Positions 1 through 8,935 of a stretch of DNA of 64,000 nt are shown here, piece after piece. The stretch lies in contig OZ241322.1 of NCBI GenBank assembly GCA_965199715.1, positions 576,001 to 640,000 of the forward strand, written 5' to 3'. Position 1 is the first letter of the stretch, and the number at the start of each line of letters is the position of its first letter. This DNA is from Vicinamibacteria bacterium. Lineage in GTDB: Bacteria; Acidobacteriota; Vicinamibacteria; Marinacidobacterales; Marinacidobacteraceae. A model generated the notes under the pieces. The model saw only the letters and a list, made by a program, of their open reading frames with translations. It did not search any database and was not told where the DNA came from. The position numbers and the translations under genes are program-made.

Positions 1-32
1 GAACCCGGTGAAACGCTCCGCGCCGCCGGGGA

Positions 33-111
33 TGGCGGGGCCGACGGGGCTCGAACCCGCGACCTCCGGCGTGACAGGCCGGCGCTCTGGACCAAACTGA
101 GCTACGACCCC
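33..111 (-). tRNA. tRNA-Asp(GTC)
   Basis: Reverse complement GGGGTCGTAGCTCAGTTTGGTCCAGAGCGCCGGCCTGTCACGCCGGAGGTCGCGGGTTCGAGCCCCGTCGGCCCCGCCA: cloverleaf, GTC anticodon, GTTCGA T-loop, encoded CCA. Confidence 0.97.
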
Positions 112-227
112 GGCTGTTGCCGGCGCGAAGCGAGCGAGGATTCTAGCAGCGCCGGGCCGGCGCGCTAAGCGAAATGCGTGCCAGAGGCGGCAAATCCCGG
201 AGGCGTGGTACTATAGCCGGCCGCCCC

Positions 228-506
228 ATGCGCCTGACCCGGAACCAAATCCATTTTCTTGGATACAAGATCACCGATCAGTTGCACGTGAAGGGGCTGA
301 TCGAGCCGGAGGATCCGGACGCGCTGGTGGAGTCGGTCGTGGAGCTCATCACCGAGAACCTGCGTCAGGAGGACGAGCTGAACGAGGAGGTCCGCAAGCT
401 GCTCGACAAGTACGGGGAGCAGATCCGGACGGGGGGCGCCGAGTACCGCGAGATGTTCAAACTCGTCAAGAAGCGCATGGCGCGGGAGCAGGGAATCATC
501 CTCTGA
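228..506 (+). CDS. DUF507 family protein
   Basis: ATG at 228 (MRLTRNQIHFLGYKI...). C-terminal YREMFKLVKKRMAREQGIIL is typical of DUF507. Confidence 0.8.
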   Translation: MRLTRNQIHFLGYKITDQLHVKGLIEPEDPDALVESVVELITENLRQEDELNEEVRKLLDKYGEQIRTGGAEYREMFKLVKKRMAREQGIIL

Positions 507-513
507 CGGCCCC

Positions 514-816
514 ATGCGACTCACGAACGGCAAGATCAACGACCTCGCGAACCAGATCCTCGACCTGCTGCGGGCCGACGACAGCGTCGAGTTCTACGCC
601 GAGGACCGCGAGATCCGCCGCGAGGTGACGCAGGTGATCAACAAGGAGCTCGAGGACGACGAGCGCATCGACCAGATCGTCCGGCGCAAGATCGACAGCC
701 AGGGCCGGGCCGTCCAGCAGGGCACCGAGAACTGGGAGATCCTCTACCGGCGCTACTACGACGAGGAAATGGTGAAGTCGCGGCGCTACGTCCCCGGCGA
801 GGAGCGCGAGGAGTAG
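514..816 (+). CDS. DUF507 family protein (second paralogue)
   Basis: MRLTNGKINDLA...EDDERIDQIVRRKI...GTENWEILYRRYYDEE; 7 bp downstream of the first DUF507 gene. Confidence 0.8.
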   Translation: MRLTNGKINDLANQILDLLRADDSVEFYAEDREIRREVTQVINKELEDDERIDQIVRRKIDSQGRAVQQGTENWEILYRRYYDEEMVKSRRYVPGEEREE

Positions 817-823
817 CGCCGCC

Positions 824-850
824 GGGACGCCGGCCCGAAGACCGGCGCCC
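824..850. terminator. GC-rich hairpin between convergent DUF507 and hsp20 genes
   Basis: GGG(A)CGCCGG-cccgaaga-CCGGCGCCC stem-loop; no clear U-tract. Confidence 0.35.
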
Positions 851-861
851 TCTTCCCGGGG

Positions 862-1311
862 TCAGTGGACGCTGACCTCGATCCTCCGCGGCTGCGCCTT
901 CTCCAGCTTCGGCAGGGAGACGGTGAGCACGCCGTCCTTCGACTCCGCCCGGATGCGCGACGCGTCCACGGTCTCCGGGATGCGGAACGAACGGCGGAAC
1001 GTGGCCGCGGCCCGCTCGCGCCGGGTCCAGCGCACGGCGGCGGGCGCCGCGCCCGGAGCCCGCTTCGCCTCCACGGTCAGGCGACCGTCGTGGAACTCGA
1101 CCGTGGCGGCGTCCTTCGGCACGCCCGGCAGGTCCACCTCGATCAGGAACTCGCTTCCGGCGTCGCGGACGTCCACGGCCGGAGCGCAGACGCAGTCGCC
1201 GATTTCGGGCGCGTCGTCCTTGCGGATCGCCCGGGGAAGGAGCGGCCAGCCGAACAGCGGCTGCGCGCGGAAGCCCCCGAGGGGGCGGTTGAACAGGGTC
1301 AATTCGGTCAT
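862..1311 (-). CDS. Hsp20/alpha-crystallin small heat shock protein
   Basis: PAVDVRD...IEVDLPGV...FRRSFRIPETVD...AESKDGVLTVSLPK; AGGAGG RBS upstream. Confidence 0.93.
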   Translation of the reverse strand: MTELTLFNRPLGGFRAQPLFGWPLLPRAIRKDDAPEIGDCVCAPAVDVRDAGSEFLIEVDLPGVPKDAATVEFHDGRLTVEAKRAPGAAPAAVRWTRRERAAATFRRSFRIPETVDASRIRAESKDGVLTVSLPKLEKAQPRRIEVSVH

Positions 1312-1379
1312 CGGTAGTGGCCTCCTTTTCGGGCTTGTCCGAAACCTTGGAAATCACCGGCGTTCTCGCCGACACGAGA

Positions 1380-1408
1380 ACTATAGACGCGTAAGCACAT
1401 GATATCAA
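1380..1408 (-). promoter_or_regulatory. sigma70-type promoter for hsp20
   Basis: Minus strand TTGATA-17 nt-TATAGT in an AT-rich intergenic region. Confidence 0.65.
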
Positions 1409-1456
1409 CTCATCGCATATAGATGATCTTATGGCATTCGACGCATATACGGCCGA

Positions 1457-1485
1457 TTGAACGGCCGCGCCTCGGTTTCTATACT
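1457..1485 (+). promoter_or_regulatory. sigma70-type promoter for gap
   Basis: TTGAAC-17 nt-TATACT, upstream of a GGGGAGG RBS and the TTG start at 1523. Confidence 0.65.
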
Positions 1486-1522
1486 CCGCGACCGTGGCGG
1501 GCCGCCCGCCGGGGAGGCTGCC

Positions 1523-2527
1523 TTGCGCATCGGCATCAACGGATTCGGACGGATCGGACGGAACATCTTCCGGGTCGCGCTGGACGATCCCGACATCGAG
1601 ATCGTCGCGGCGAACGACCTCACGAGCCCCGAAACGCTCGCCCACCTGCTGCAGCACGACTCGGTGTCCGGCCCGTTCGACGGGAAAGTCACGGCCGAGG
1701 GCGGCGAGCTGGTCATCCGGCGCGACTCCGGGGAGAGCCGGCTCAAGGTGCTGAGCGAGCGCGATCCGGCGAAGCTCCCGTGGGGCGAACTCGGGGTCGA
1801 GGTCGTGGTCGAATCCACAGGCATCTTCACGGAGCGCGAGGACGCCGGGAAGCACCTCGCGGCGGGCGCGCGCAAGGTGATCGTCTCCGCTCCGGCGAGG
1901 GGCGAGGACCTGACGGTCGTGATGGGGGTGAACGACGACCGCTACGACCCCAACTCCCACCACGTGATCTCGAACGCGTCGTGCACCACGAACTGCCTCG
2001 CGCCGGTCGTGAAGGTGCTGCACGAGCGGTTCGGGCTCAAGAAGGGGGTGATGACCACGGTCCACTCGTACACGAACGACCAGCGGCTTCTCGACCTGCC
2101 CCACTCGGACCTCCGCCGCGCGCGCGCCGCCGGGGTGAACATGATCCCGACCTCCACCGGCGCGGCGAAGGCGGTCACCAAGGTGCTTCCCGAACTCGAG
2201 GGCCGGCTCGACGGGATCGCGGTCCGGGTGCCGACGCCCAACGTGTCCCTGACCGACTTCACCGCGTTCCTCGACCAGCCGGCCTCGGCCGAGGACGTGA
2301 ACCGGGCCCTGGAGGAGGCCGCCGACGGCCCGCTCCGGGGCGTCCTGCAGGTCTCGCACGACCCGCTCGTCTCGGTGGACTTCCTCGGGAACCCGCACTC
2401 GTCCATCGTGGACGCGCCCTTCACGAAGGTCGTGGACGGCGACGCCGTGAAGATCCTCGCCTGGTACGACAACGAGTGGGGCTTCTCCTGCCGGGTCGTG
2501 GACCTGATCCGCAAGATCGCCGCCTGA
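1523..2527 (+). CDS. gap: type I glyceraldehyde-3-phosphate dehydrogenase
   Basis: RIGINGFGRIGR, catalytic ASCTTNCL, WYDNEWG; TTG start after RBS. Confidence 0.98.
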   Translation: MRIGINGFGRIGRNIFRVALDDPDIEIVAANDLTSPETLAHLLQHDSVSGPFDGKVTAEGGELVIRRDSGESRLKVLSERDPAKLPWGELGVEVVVESTGIFTEREDAGKHLAAGARKVIVSAPARGEDLTVVMGVNDDRYDPNSHHVISNASCTTNCLAPVVKVLHERFGLKKGVMTTVHSYTNDQRLLDLPHSDLRRARAAGVNMIPTSTGAAKAVTKVLPELEGRLDGIAVRVPTPNVSLTDFTAFLDQPASAEDVNRALEEAADGPLRGVLQVSHDPLVSVDFLGNPHSSIVDAPFTKVVDGDAVKILAWYDNEWGFSCRVVDLIRKIAA

Positions 2528-2528
2528 C

Positions 2529-4709
2529 GTGCGCCTGCTCGCCGTCCTTCTCGTCGCGGCGGCCGCCAGCGCGCAGACCGAACCGCTGGAGCTGCGCCAC
2601 ATCTACGGCCCGGACGCGCTCGAGTTCTCTCCGGCCCTGCCGAGCGTCGAGTGGCTTCCGGGCGGAACCCATTACCTGACCGCCGACGGCGAGGGCGCCG
2701 AACGCCAGTGGCTCGTCGTCGAGGCGGCGACGGGCGACCGGCGGCCGCTCTACGACGCCGAGGCGCTCGCCGCAGCGATCGCGGAGACCCTCGCGATTCC
2801 CGCCGAGGAGGCGGCGCGCGAAGCCCGGCCGGCGAGCCTCGAAATGGCGCCGGGCGGCGAGTGGATCCTCCTGAATCTCGCGTCCGACGTCTTCGTCTGG
2901 GAGACCGGAGCGAACGAACTCGCGCGCCTCACCCGGGGGCCGGAAGCCGAGGAGCTGCCGCGCTTCTCGCCGGACGGGAAGCGGATCGCCTTCGTCCGCG
3001 GGAACGATCTGCACGTCGTCGATATGGAGGGCGGCGAGCTGCGGCTGACCACCGGCGGCGGCCCCGACCGGCTCCACGGCAAGCTGGACTGGGTGTACCA
3101 GGAGGAGATCTACGGGCGCGGCGACTTCCTTGCGCACTGGTGGAGCCCCGACGGCAGCCGGATCGCCTTCCTCGAGAGCGACGAGAGCGCCGTTCCCCGG
3201 TTCACGGTGGTCGATCACGTCCCGATCCATCAGGAACTGGAGGTCTATCCCTACCCCAAGGCCGGCGACCCGAACCCGACGGTCCGGATCGGCGTCGTGC
3301 CCGCGTCGGGCGGCTCGATTTCGTGGATGGAGCCCCGGGGCTACGGGAACGCCGAGACGCTGGTCGTGAACGTGGCCTTCGCGCCGGACGGACAGCTCTG
3401 GTTCCAGATCCAGGACCGGACCCAGACGGTGCTGGACCTCCACCGGGCCGATCCGCGCACCGGGGAGACGGTGCGCGTCCTGCGCGAGGACGCCGGCCCG
3501 TGGGTGAACGTTCACGGGCCGCCGCGCTTCCTGAGCGACGGGGGCTTCCTCTGGTTCAGCGAGCGGACCGGCTTCAAGCACCTGTACCGCTACGCCGCCG
3601 ACGGCTCCGAGGTCGGGCCGCTCACCGAGGGCCGGTACGAGGCGCGCCGGCTCCACGCCGTCGATGAGGAAGCGGGTGTCGCATACGTTTCCGGGACGTG
3701 GCGCTCGTCGCTCGAGGACGAGGTGCTGCGGATCGCGCTCGACGGCTCGGGAACCGCCCCGCTCGGAGGGGGCGGCGGAACCCACCAGGGGAACTTTCCC
3801 GAGGACGGTCCGGTGACCCACTGGGCCTCGGTGTTCCATGACCTCGAGAGCCCGCCCACGATGACGCTTCGCGACGCCGGCGGAGCGGTAGTGCGCGAGC
3901 TCGGCGGCGGAACGGTCCCGGCGCTCGCGCGGTTCGAGATCGTCCCGCCGGAGCTGCTCACGGTTCCGGCGCGGGACGGAGTCGAACTGGACGCGATGAT
4001 GATCCGGCCGCATGGGTTCGATCCCGACGCGGGCTATCCGGCGTGGGTGCACGTGTACGGAGGACCGCACGCGCCGCAGGTGCGCAACCACTGGCTCGGC
4101 GCCCGCGGGATGTGGTTCCAGCACCTCGCGCAGCAGGGCGTGGTCGTCTTCGTCGTGGACAACCGGATCGCCTCCGGCAAGGGCGTGGAATCGACGTGGC
4201 CGGTGTACGGCAACTTCGGCGAGCAGGAGCTCGCGGACCTGGTGGACGCGGTGGACTGGCTCGCCGGCCTCGACTACGTGGATGCAACGCGCATCGGCGT
4301 GGACGGCTGGAGCTTCGGCGGCTACATGACGCTGACGGCGCTCACCAAGTCGGACCGCTTCCGCGCCGGGATCGCCGGCGGCAGCGTCGTGGACTGGCGG
4401 GACTACGACTCGATCTACACCGAGCGGTACATGAGCACGCCCGACGAGAACCCGAGCGGCTACGCCAAATCTTCGGTCCGGGGGTCCGCCGCCGACCTGA
4501 CCGGCGACCTGCTCCTCATCCACGGCACGATGGACGACAACGTCCACATGCAGAACACGATCCAGTTCGCGTGGGACCTCCAGAAGGCCGGCAAGCCCTT
4601 CGAGCTGATGGTCTATCCGAAGTCGCGCCACGGCGTCCGCGACGAGGATCTCGTGCTGCACCTGCGGGAGACGATGGCGGCGTTCATCCTGAAGACGATC
4701 GCCCCGTAG
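2529..4709 (+). CDS. S9B dipeptidyl peptidase IV family, exported
   Basis: Signal peptide, DWVYQEE and YPKAG motifs, nucleophile GWSFGG, HGTMDDNVH, C-terminal His. Confidence 0.93.
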   Translation: MRLLAVLLVAAAASAQTEPLELRHIYGPDALEFSPALPSVEWLPGGTHYLTADGEGAERQWLVVEAATGDRRPLYDAEALAAAIAETLAIPAEEAAREARPASLEMAPGGEWILLNLASDVFVWETGANELARLTRGPEAEELPRFSPDGKRIAFVRGNDLHVVDMEGGELRLTTGGGPDRLHGKLDWVYQEEIYGRGDFLAHWWSPDGSRIAFLESDESAVPRFTVVDHVPIHQELEVYPYPKAGDPNPTVRIGVVPASGGSISWMEPRGYGNAETLVVNVAFAPDGQLWFQIQDRTQTVLDLHRADPRTGETVRVLREDAGPWVNVHGPPRFLSDGGFLWFSERTGFKHLYRYAADGSEVGPLTEGRYEARRLHAVDEEAGVAYVSGTWRSSLEDEVLRIALDGSGTAPLGGGGGTHQGNFPEDGPVTHWASVFHDLESPPTMTLRDAGGAVVRELGGGTVPALARFEIVPPELLTVPARDGVELDAMMIRPHGFDPDAGYPAWVHVYGGPHAPQVRNHWLGARGMWFQHLAQQGVVVFVVDNRIASGKGVESTWPVYGNFGEQELADLVDAVDWLAGLDYVDATRIGVDGWSFGGYMTLTALTKSDRFRAGIAGGSVVDWRDYDSIYTERYMSTPDENPSGYAKSSVRGSAADLTGDLLLIHGTMDDNVHMQNTIQFAWDLQKAGKPFELMVYPKSRHGVRDEDLVLHLRETMAAFILKTIAP

Positions 4710-4749
4710 CCGGGCGAACCCGGCGCCCGGTCGGGACGTTCTACCGGGT

Positions 4750-5391
4750 ATGCGAGCTTCCCGAAGAGCGATCCTGCTGGCCGTCTCGCTGTCCGTGGTC
4801 GCGACCTCGGGCGCGGCGCTTCCCGACGTGGACGGGTGGCGGGACCATCTCGCCGCGGCGGCGCCCGAAGCGCCGGTCCGGGTGCGGCTCTTCGATCCCT
4901 ACCGGCTTCTTCCCGGCGAGACTCGGGCGTGGGTCGAGCGCGAAGTCAAGGCCGCGTTCGGTCGGAGCGGGGTCGAAGTGCGCTTCGTCCGGAACGCGGG
5001 CGGTCCGGTGGTCCCGGCCACGCTCTTCCCGGAAATCCCCGAGCGGTGGGGCGTGGACCCGGACGCCATCGGGGTCTCGATCGGCTCCCCCGGCGACCGG
5101 CGCTCGGTGTTCCTGTCGCTGCTCGCGGCGAAGCGGGCGATCGGAATCTCGAGCGGATCCGGCGACGGAGGGACGACCGCGCCGCGGGACCGCCGCCGGC
5201 TCGGAGTCGCCCTCGGCCGCGTGCTCGCCCACGAGATCACCCACACGATCGCGCCGGACTGCCCGCACACCGCGACCGGACTCATGGCGAAGCGGCTGAG
5301 CCGCCGCATGCTGACCGCGCCGGGCGTGGGCTTCGACGAGACGGCGACCCGGCACGTCCAGCGCGGCGCGCAGGCGTTCGGCGAATCGTAG
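4750..5391 (+). CDS. exported hypothetical protein with zinc-metalloprotease motif
   Basis: Signal peptide; LAHEITHTIAPDCPHTATGLM (HExxH plus third His and Met-turn-like GLM). Confidence 0.6.
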   Translation: MRASRRAILLAVSLSVVATSGAALPDVDGWRDHLAAAAPEAPVRVRLFDPYRLLPGETRAWVEREVKAAFGRSGVEVRFVRNAGGPVVPATLFPEIPERWGVDPDAIGVSIGSPGDRRSVFLSLLAAKRAIGISSGSGDGGTTAPRDRRRLGVALGRVLAHEITHTIAPDCPHTATGLMAKRLSRRMLTAPGVGFDETATRHVQRGAQAFGES

Positions 5392-5401
5392 TTCGGCTGA
5401 C

Positions 5402-5560
5402 TCAGGCGGCTCGCGGGAGGAACGCGAACCGCGGCTCCTCGACTTGCTCCTCGGTCCACGGGTTCACGACACGCACGCCGGCTTCGATGAGCGCGGACGC
5501 GAAGTTCGTTTCGATTACGTGTGCGGCGAGTCAGCGGGAGTCGGGCGAATCGCCTCCCGA
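5402..5560 (-). pseudogene. remnant of FitB/VapC PIN toxin C-terminus
   Basis: TRN in one frame and AGVRVVNPW in another, matching the VapC/FitB C-terminal signature; directly downstream of a FitA-like gene; catalytic N-terminus absent. Confidence 0.5.
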
Positions 5561-5787
5561 CCGAGGCCGACCACCGCCGAGCATGCGCGCCGAGCCCCCG
5601 CGCCGTCCTCCTCGTCCTCTTCGCTCCAGATCTCGTGCATTCTGCGGATGTTCTCCGACGTGCCCAGCATGGCGTCCTCCACGAGGATGCGCGCCGCTTC
5701 CTCCGGAGTGCGGTCACGCTCCCTGGCGCACATGCGCAAAATCGCCATCGCCTCCCCGTCCATGTCGTCGATCGTGATGCTCGCCAT
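5515..5787 (-). CDS. FitA-like ribbon-helix-helix antitoxin (possibly degraded)
   Basis: MASITIDDMDGEAMAILRMCARERDRTPEEAARILVEDAM resembles the FitA/VapB RHH pattern MASITIRNLD..LR.RA..GRS.EEEAR.IL. Confidence 0.6.
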   Translation of the reverse strand: MASITIDDMDGEAMAILRMCARERDRTPEEAARILVEDAMLGTSENIRRMHEIWSEEDEEDGAGARRACSAVVGLGREAIRPTPADSPHT

Positions 5788-5833
5788 GGCCCTGCCCTTC
5801 TGGGGGCGCCGGCAGTCCAGGACGAAGAACGCG

Positions 5834-8410
5834 CTACTCGCCCATCAGCGCGTTGAAGAACAGCTTGAACGTGCCGTGGGTCTGCGCCCGGTGCTGGGCG
5901 CGGAAGCCGATCATGACGATCGTTCCCTCGCCGTGCTCCACCGAGACCATCGCCGCCTTGCTCGCGATGGCTTCCTCGCCGAGCAGCCAGCCGCTTTCGA
6001 GAAGGTCGCGGTCCGCGTAGGTCACGACCCGCCGCACGCCCGCGCTTCGCGCTCCGGGAACGGTCTCGTACACCTGCCCGCCGGCCAGATAGGCGACCAG
6101 CGCCTCGTCGGGCATGCCCTGGGCGTAGGGGCTTGACGCGTCCACCCTCGCCCGCAGCGTCGAGCCCGGCGCCCAGAAGTCGGCGCCCCACTTCCCGGCG
6201 ACGGCGTCGCGCACCGGAACGTCGAACTCGTCGAGGACGAGCTGGCCCGCCTGCGCGAAGGTCACGAGCGTGCCGCCGTTTCGCACGAACGCGTCGAGCG
6301 CCTCCACGCCGTCCGCGCCGAAGCCGCTGCGGTACTCGGGCGGAATCTCGTCGGGGTTCCACCGCGACTCGCCCGCCTTCGGCCCGAGCATCATCTCCTT
6401 GGAGTCCGCCGGCAGGACGATCACGTCCCAGCGCTCGTGGAGGTCGCCCGCGAGAATTTCCTCGTCGAAGAGGCTCGTGTATGCGAACTCGAAGTCCTCG
6501 AGCAGCCAGCGGGTCCAGCCCTCGTCCATGTTGCCGCCGTAGTAGCGCTGGTACATCCCGATCCGCTGGCGGGACAGCGGCCGGGATGCGGCCGACGGAT
6601 CGGCGTCCAGCGCCGTGAAGCTGACTCCGGTGGCTTCCGCCGCTTCGGCGAGCGTCGCCTCCGGAGTCCCCGCCGCCACGAGCAAGTCCCCCGGTTTCGC
6701 GCCGGCGATCTCCCCGGTCGCCCGGGCCAGCGAGACGCCGGCGGCGAACAGCATGTTGGCCGCGCGGAACGAGTCGTTCAGCGCGCCGTCGAACGCATGC
6801 CCGTGAGGGGCCTCGGAGGCGACCGATCCGGCGGGAACGGCTCGCTCGGCGACGACCTCGAGGTCCGCCTCCACGGGCTCCCGCGCCTCATGCACTCGAA
6901 CTCCCATGAACTCGGCGAGCACGTCCCCGGACATGTCGTAGGGGCGGATCGGCTCCCCGTCCCGGGAGCGCGTGTAGGTGTTGTCCGGATAAAGCGTGCG
7001 ACCGAGAAGCCACCGGATGACGCCGCGCTTGGGCTGCGCCGACGAGATCACCCACGTCCCCGGCCCGTAGACGCGTCCTTCGTGGGTGAACCCGCCGGCG
7101 GATCGCTCCACCGTGATCCCCTGGAGCAGCAGCTTGTCCACCATCTTGCCCATGGTGAGCGGATCGTGCTGATCGGCGGGCACGATGTACGCCTTCACCT
7201 CGTCGGCGGCTCCCCGCTCGATCTGGCGGCTCGACTTGTTCCACGCGTTCCGCAGCACGATCTCGCGGTTGCGGGCGGCGATCTCCAGCGGCGAGAACGT
7301 CGCCACGATCTGCCGGTCCACAATGTCCCGCACGCGCCACCAGCCGCCCGGCCACGGATTGGGGAACGTCGTCTGCGCCTCGTACTCGGGCAACTGTCGC
7401 GAACCCCGGAGCTGGTCCGGATGCACGTACAGCGGAGTCGCGAGCCGGGCGCTCGCCGACTCGGTGAGCATCCCGGCGATGTTGTGGAAGGGGGTGATCC
7501 AGTGGAAGCCGAAATGTCCCCAACCGGAGTAGATCGCCGCGTTCACCGTCCCCTCGAACCCCATCTCCTCCATCCGGTACGCCATGTGCGCACCGTACCA
7601 GGCCATTTCCCGCCACACGATGGGATCTCCGCCGGGGCGGATCGGCTCGGCGTAGGGCGGCAGGTAGATCCGGGCCGTGTACGCGCCCATCTGGTGGTGG
7701 TCGATGAACGCCTGCGGGATCCACTCCCGGAACATGATCCGCGCTCCGTACTGCGACTCCACGGTGTTCTGCATGAAGGCGTCGCGGTTGTTGTCGTGAC
7801 CGATGTAGTGGTGGTAGAGGCCGGGCGGGCCGGCGCCCTCGTACTGGGTGCCGACCCAGCGGTCGTACCACTCGTTCACGAGGTCCACGCCGTCCGGGTT
7901 GAACCCGGGGATCAGGATCGAAATCGTGTTGTCGAGGATTTCGTGGACGCCCGGATCGTCGCGGGTCGCGAAGAGCCACGCGATTTCCGCCGCCGACTGC
8001 GCCGCGGCGACCTCGGTGGAATGCAGCGCATAGGCCTGGACGAAAACGACCTTGCCCTCCGCGATCGCGCGCTCCACCTCGGCCTCGGAGTGACCGCGCG
8101 GGTCCTGCAGCACGGCGTTCATCCGCTGGAGCTCGTCGAGCCGGGCTAGGTTCTCCGGCGACGAGACGTAGAGCGCGAGGAAGGGCCGTCCCAGCGTCGA
8201 AGGCCCCATCTTCACGACTTCGACCCGGTCGCTGGCCTCGCCGATCAGCTCGTACCACTCCACCAGGCGGTCCCAGTGGGCGAGCTTGCGGTCCGCGCCG
8301 AGGCGGTGTCCGAAGAATTCCTCGGGATCGGGGATCTGGGCCGCCGCCGGGCGGAGGAAGCAGGCGGCGAGAAGGACGAGGAGAGTGGTTCGAATGCGCA
8401 CGACGGGCAA
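5834..8410 (-). CDS. M14 family zinc carboxypeptidase with C-terminal class I GATase-like domain
   Basis: Signal peptide, HSTE (HxxE), NPDG, GHDNNRD, DHHQMG; C-terminal MDEGWTRW and FVRNGGTLV. The true start may be GTG at 8401. Confidence 0.88.
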   Translation of the reverse strand: MPVVRIRTTLLVLLAACFLRPAAAQIPDPEEFFGHRLGADRKLAHWDRLVEWYELIGEASDRVEVVKMGPSTLGRPFLALYVSSPENLARLDELQRMNAVLQDPRGHSEAEVERAIAEGKVVFVQAYALHSTEVAAAQSAAEIAWLFATRDDPGVHEILDNTISILIPGFNPDGVDLVNEWYDRWVGTQYEGAGPPGLYHHYIGHDNNRDAFMQNTVESQYGARIMFREWIPQAFIDHHQMGAYTARIYLPPYAEPIRPGGDPIVWREMAWYGAHMAYRMEEMGFEGTVNAAIYSGWGHFGFHWITPFHNIAGMLTESASARLATPLYVHPDQLRGSRQLPEYEAQTTFPNPWPGGWWRVRDIVDRQIVATFSPLEIAARNREIVLRNAWNKSSRQIERGAADEVKAYIVPADQHDPLTMGKMVDKLLLQGITVERSAGGFTHEGRVYGPGTWVISSAQPKRGVIRWLLGRTLYPDNTYTRSRDGEPIRPYDMSGDVLAEFMGVRVHEAREPVEADLEVVAERAVPAGSVASEAPHGHAFDGALNDSFRAANMLFAAGVSLARATGEIAGAKPGDLLVAAGTPEATLAEAAEATGVSFTALDADPSAASRPLSRQRIGMYQRYYGGNMDEGWTRWLLEDFEFAYTSLFDEEILAGDLHERWDVIVLPADSKEMMLGPKAGESRWNPDEIPPEYRSGFGADGVEALDAFVRNGGTLVTFAQAGQLVLDEFDVPVRDAVAGKWGADFWAPGSTLRARVDASSPYAQGMPDEALVAYLAGGQVYETVPGARSAGVRRVVTYADRDLLESGWLLGEEAIASKAAMVSVEHGEGTIVMIGFRAQHRAQTHGTFKLFFNALMGE

Positions 8411-8422
8411 GAATAATCCCGA

Positions 8423-8935
8423 TCAGCGCAGGCCCTCCGCCGTCCCGGCCTCGATCTCCACGATCCGTCCGTAGAGCCAGAGCAGGTCGGAGATCCGGTT
8501 GACCCACGACAGCACCTCGGGGGCCGCCTCCCCGTAGCGGACGAGCTCCCGTTCCGCCCGCCGGCAGACGGTGCGCGCCAGATCGAACGCGGCTCCGCCG
8601 GCGTGCCGGCCCGGCAGCGCCCAGTCGAACGTGATCCGCTTGTCCTTCTCGAGCTCGCGCACCTCGGCGGTGACCGCGTCCAACTGCTCGGCGGTGATCC
8701 CGGACGGCGAGCCGGGCGGACCCCCGATCCCCGCCAGCACCCCGAACAACGCCCGCTGGAGCGACTCGGCGCGGTCGGCGATCGGACCCGGCCCGCTGAG
8801 AGCGCGGGCGAGGGCGATCGCCGAACCGAGCTCGTCGAGCGTCCCGAGAACCTCCACCGCCGGCGATCCCTTGGACTCGCGGCGGCGGCGGACCTGGGTC
8901 GTCCCGCCGTCGCCGCGGGTGGTCGAGATGCTCAT
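8423..8935 (-). CDS. pduO: PduO-type ATP:cob(I)alamin adenosyltransferase
   Basis: TTRGDGGTT, GTLDEL, ARTVCRRAER, NRISDLLW motifs; 4-bp overlap with the upstream btuB. Confidence 0.9.
   Translation of the reverse strand: MSISTTRGDGGTTQVRRRRESKGSPAVEVLGTLDELGSAIALARALSGPGPIADRAESLQRALFGVLAGIGGPPGSPSGITAEQLDAVTAEVRELEKDKRITFDWALPGRHAGGAAFDLARTVCRRAERELVRYGEAAPEVLSWVNRISDLLWLYGRIVEIEAGTAEGLR

Noticed and set aside
1380-1450. CIRCE or HAIR heat-shock operator at hsp20
   Set aside because: Neither TTAGCACTC-N9-GAGTGCTAA nor CTTGAGT-N7-ACTCAAG is present; only a different short palindrome, reported separately.
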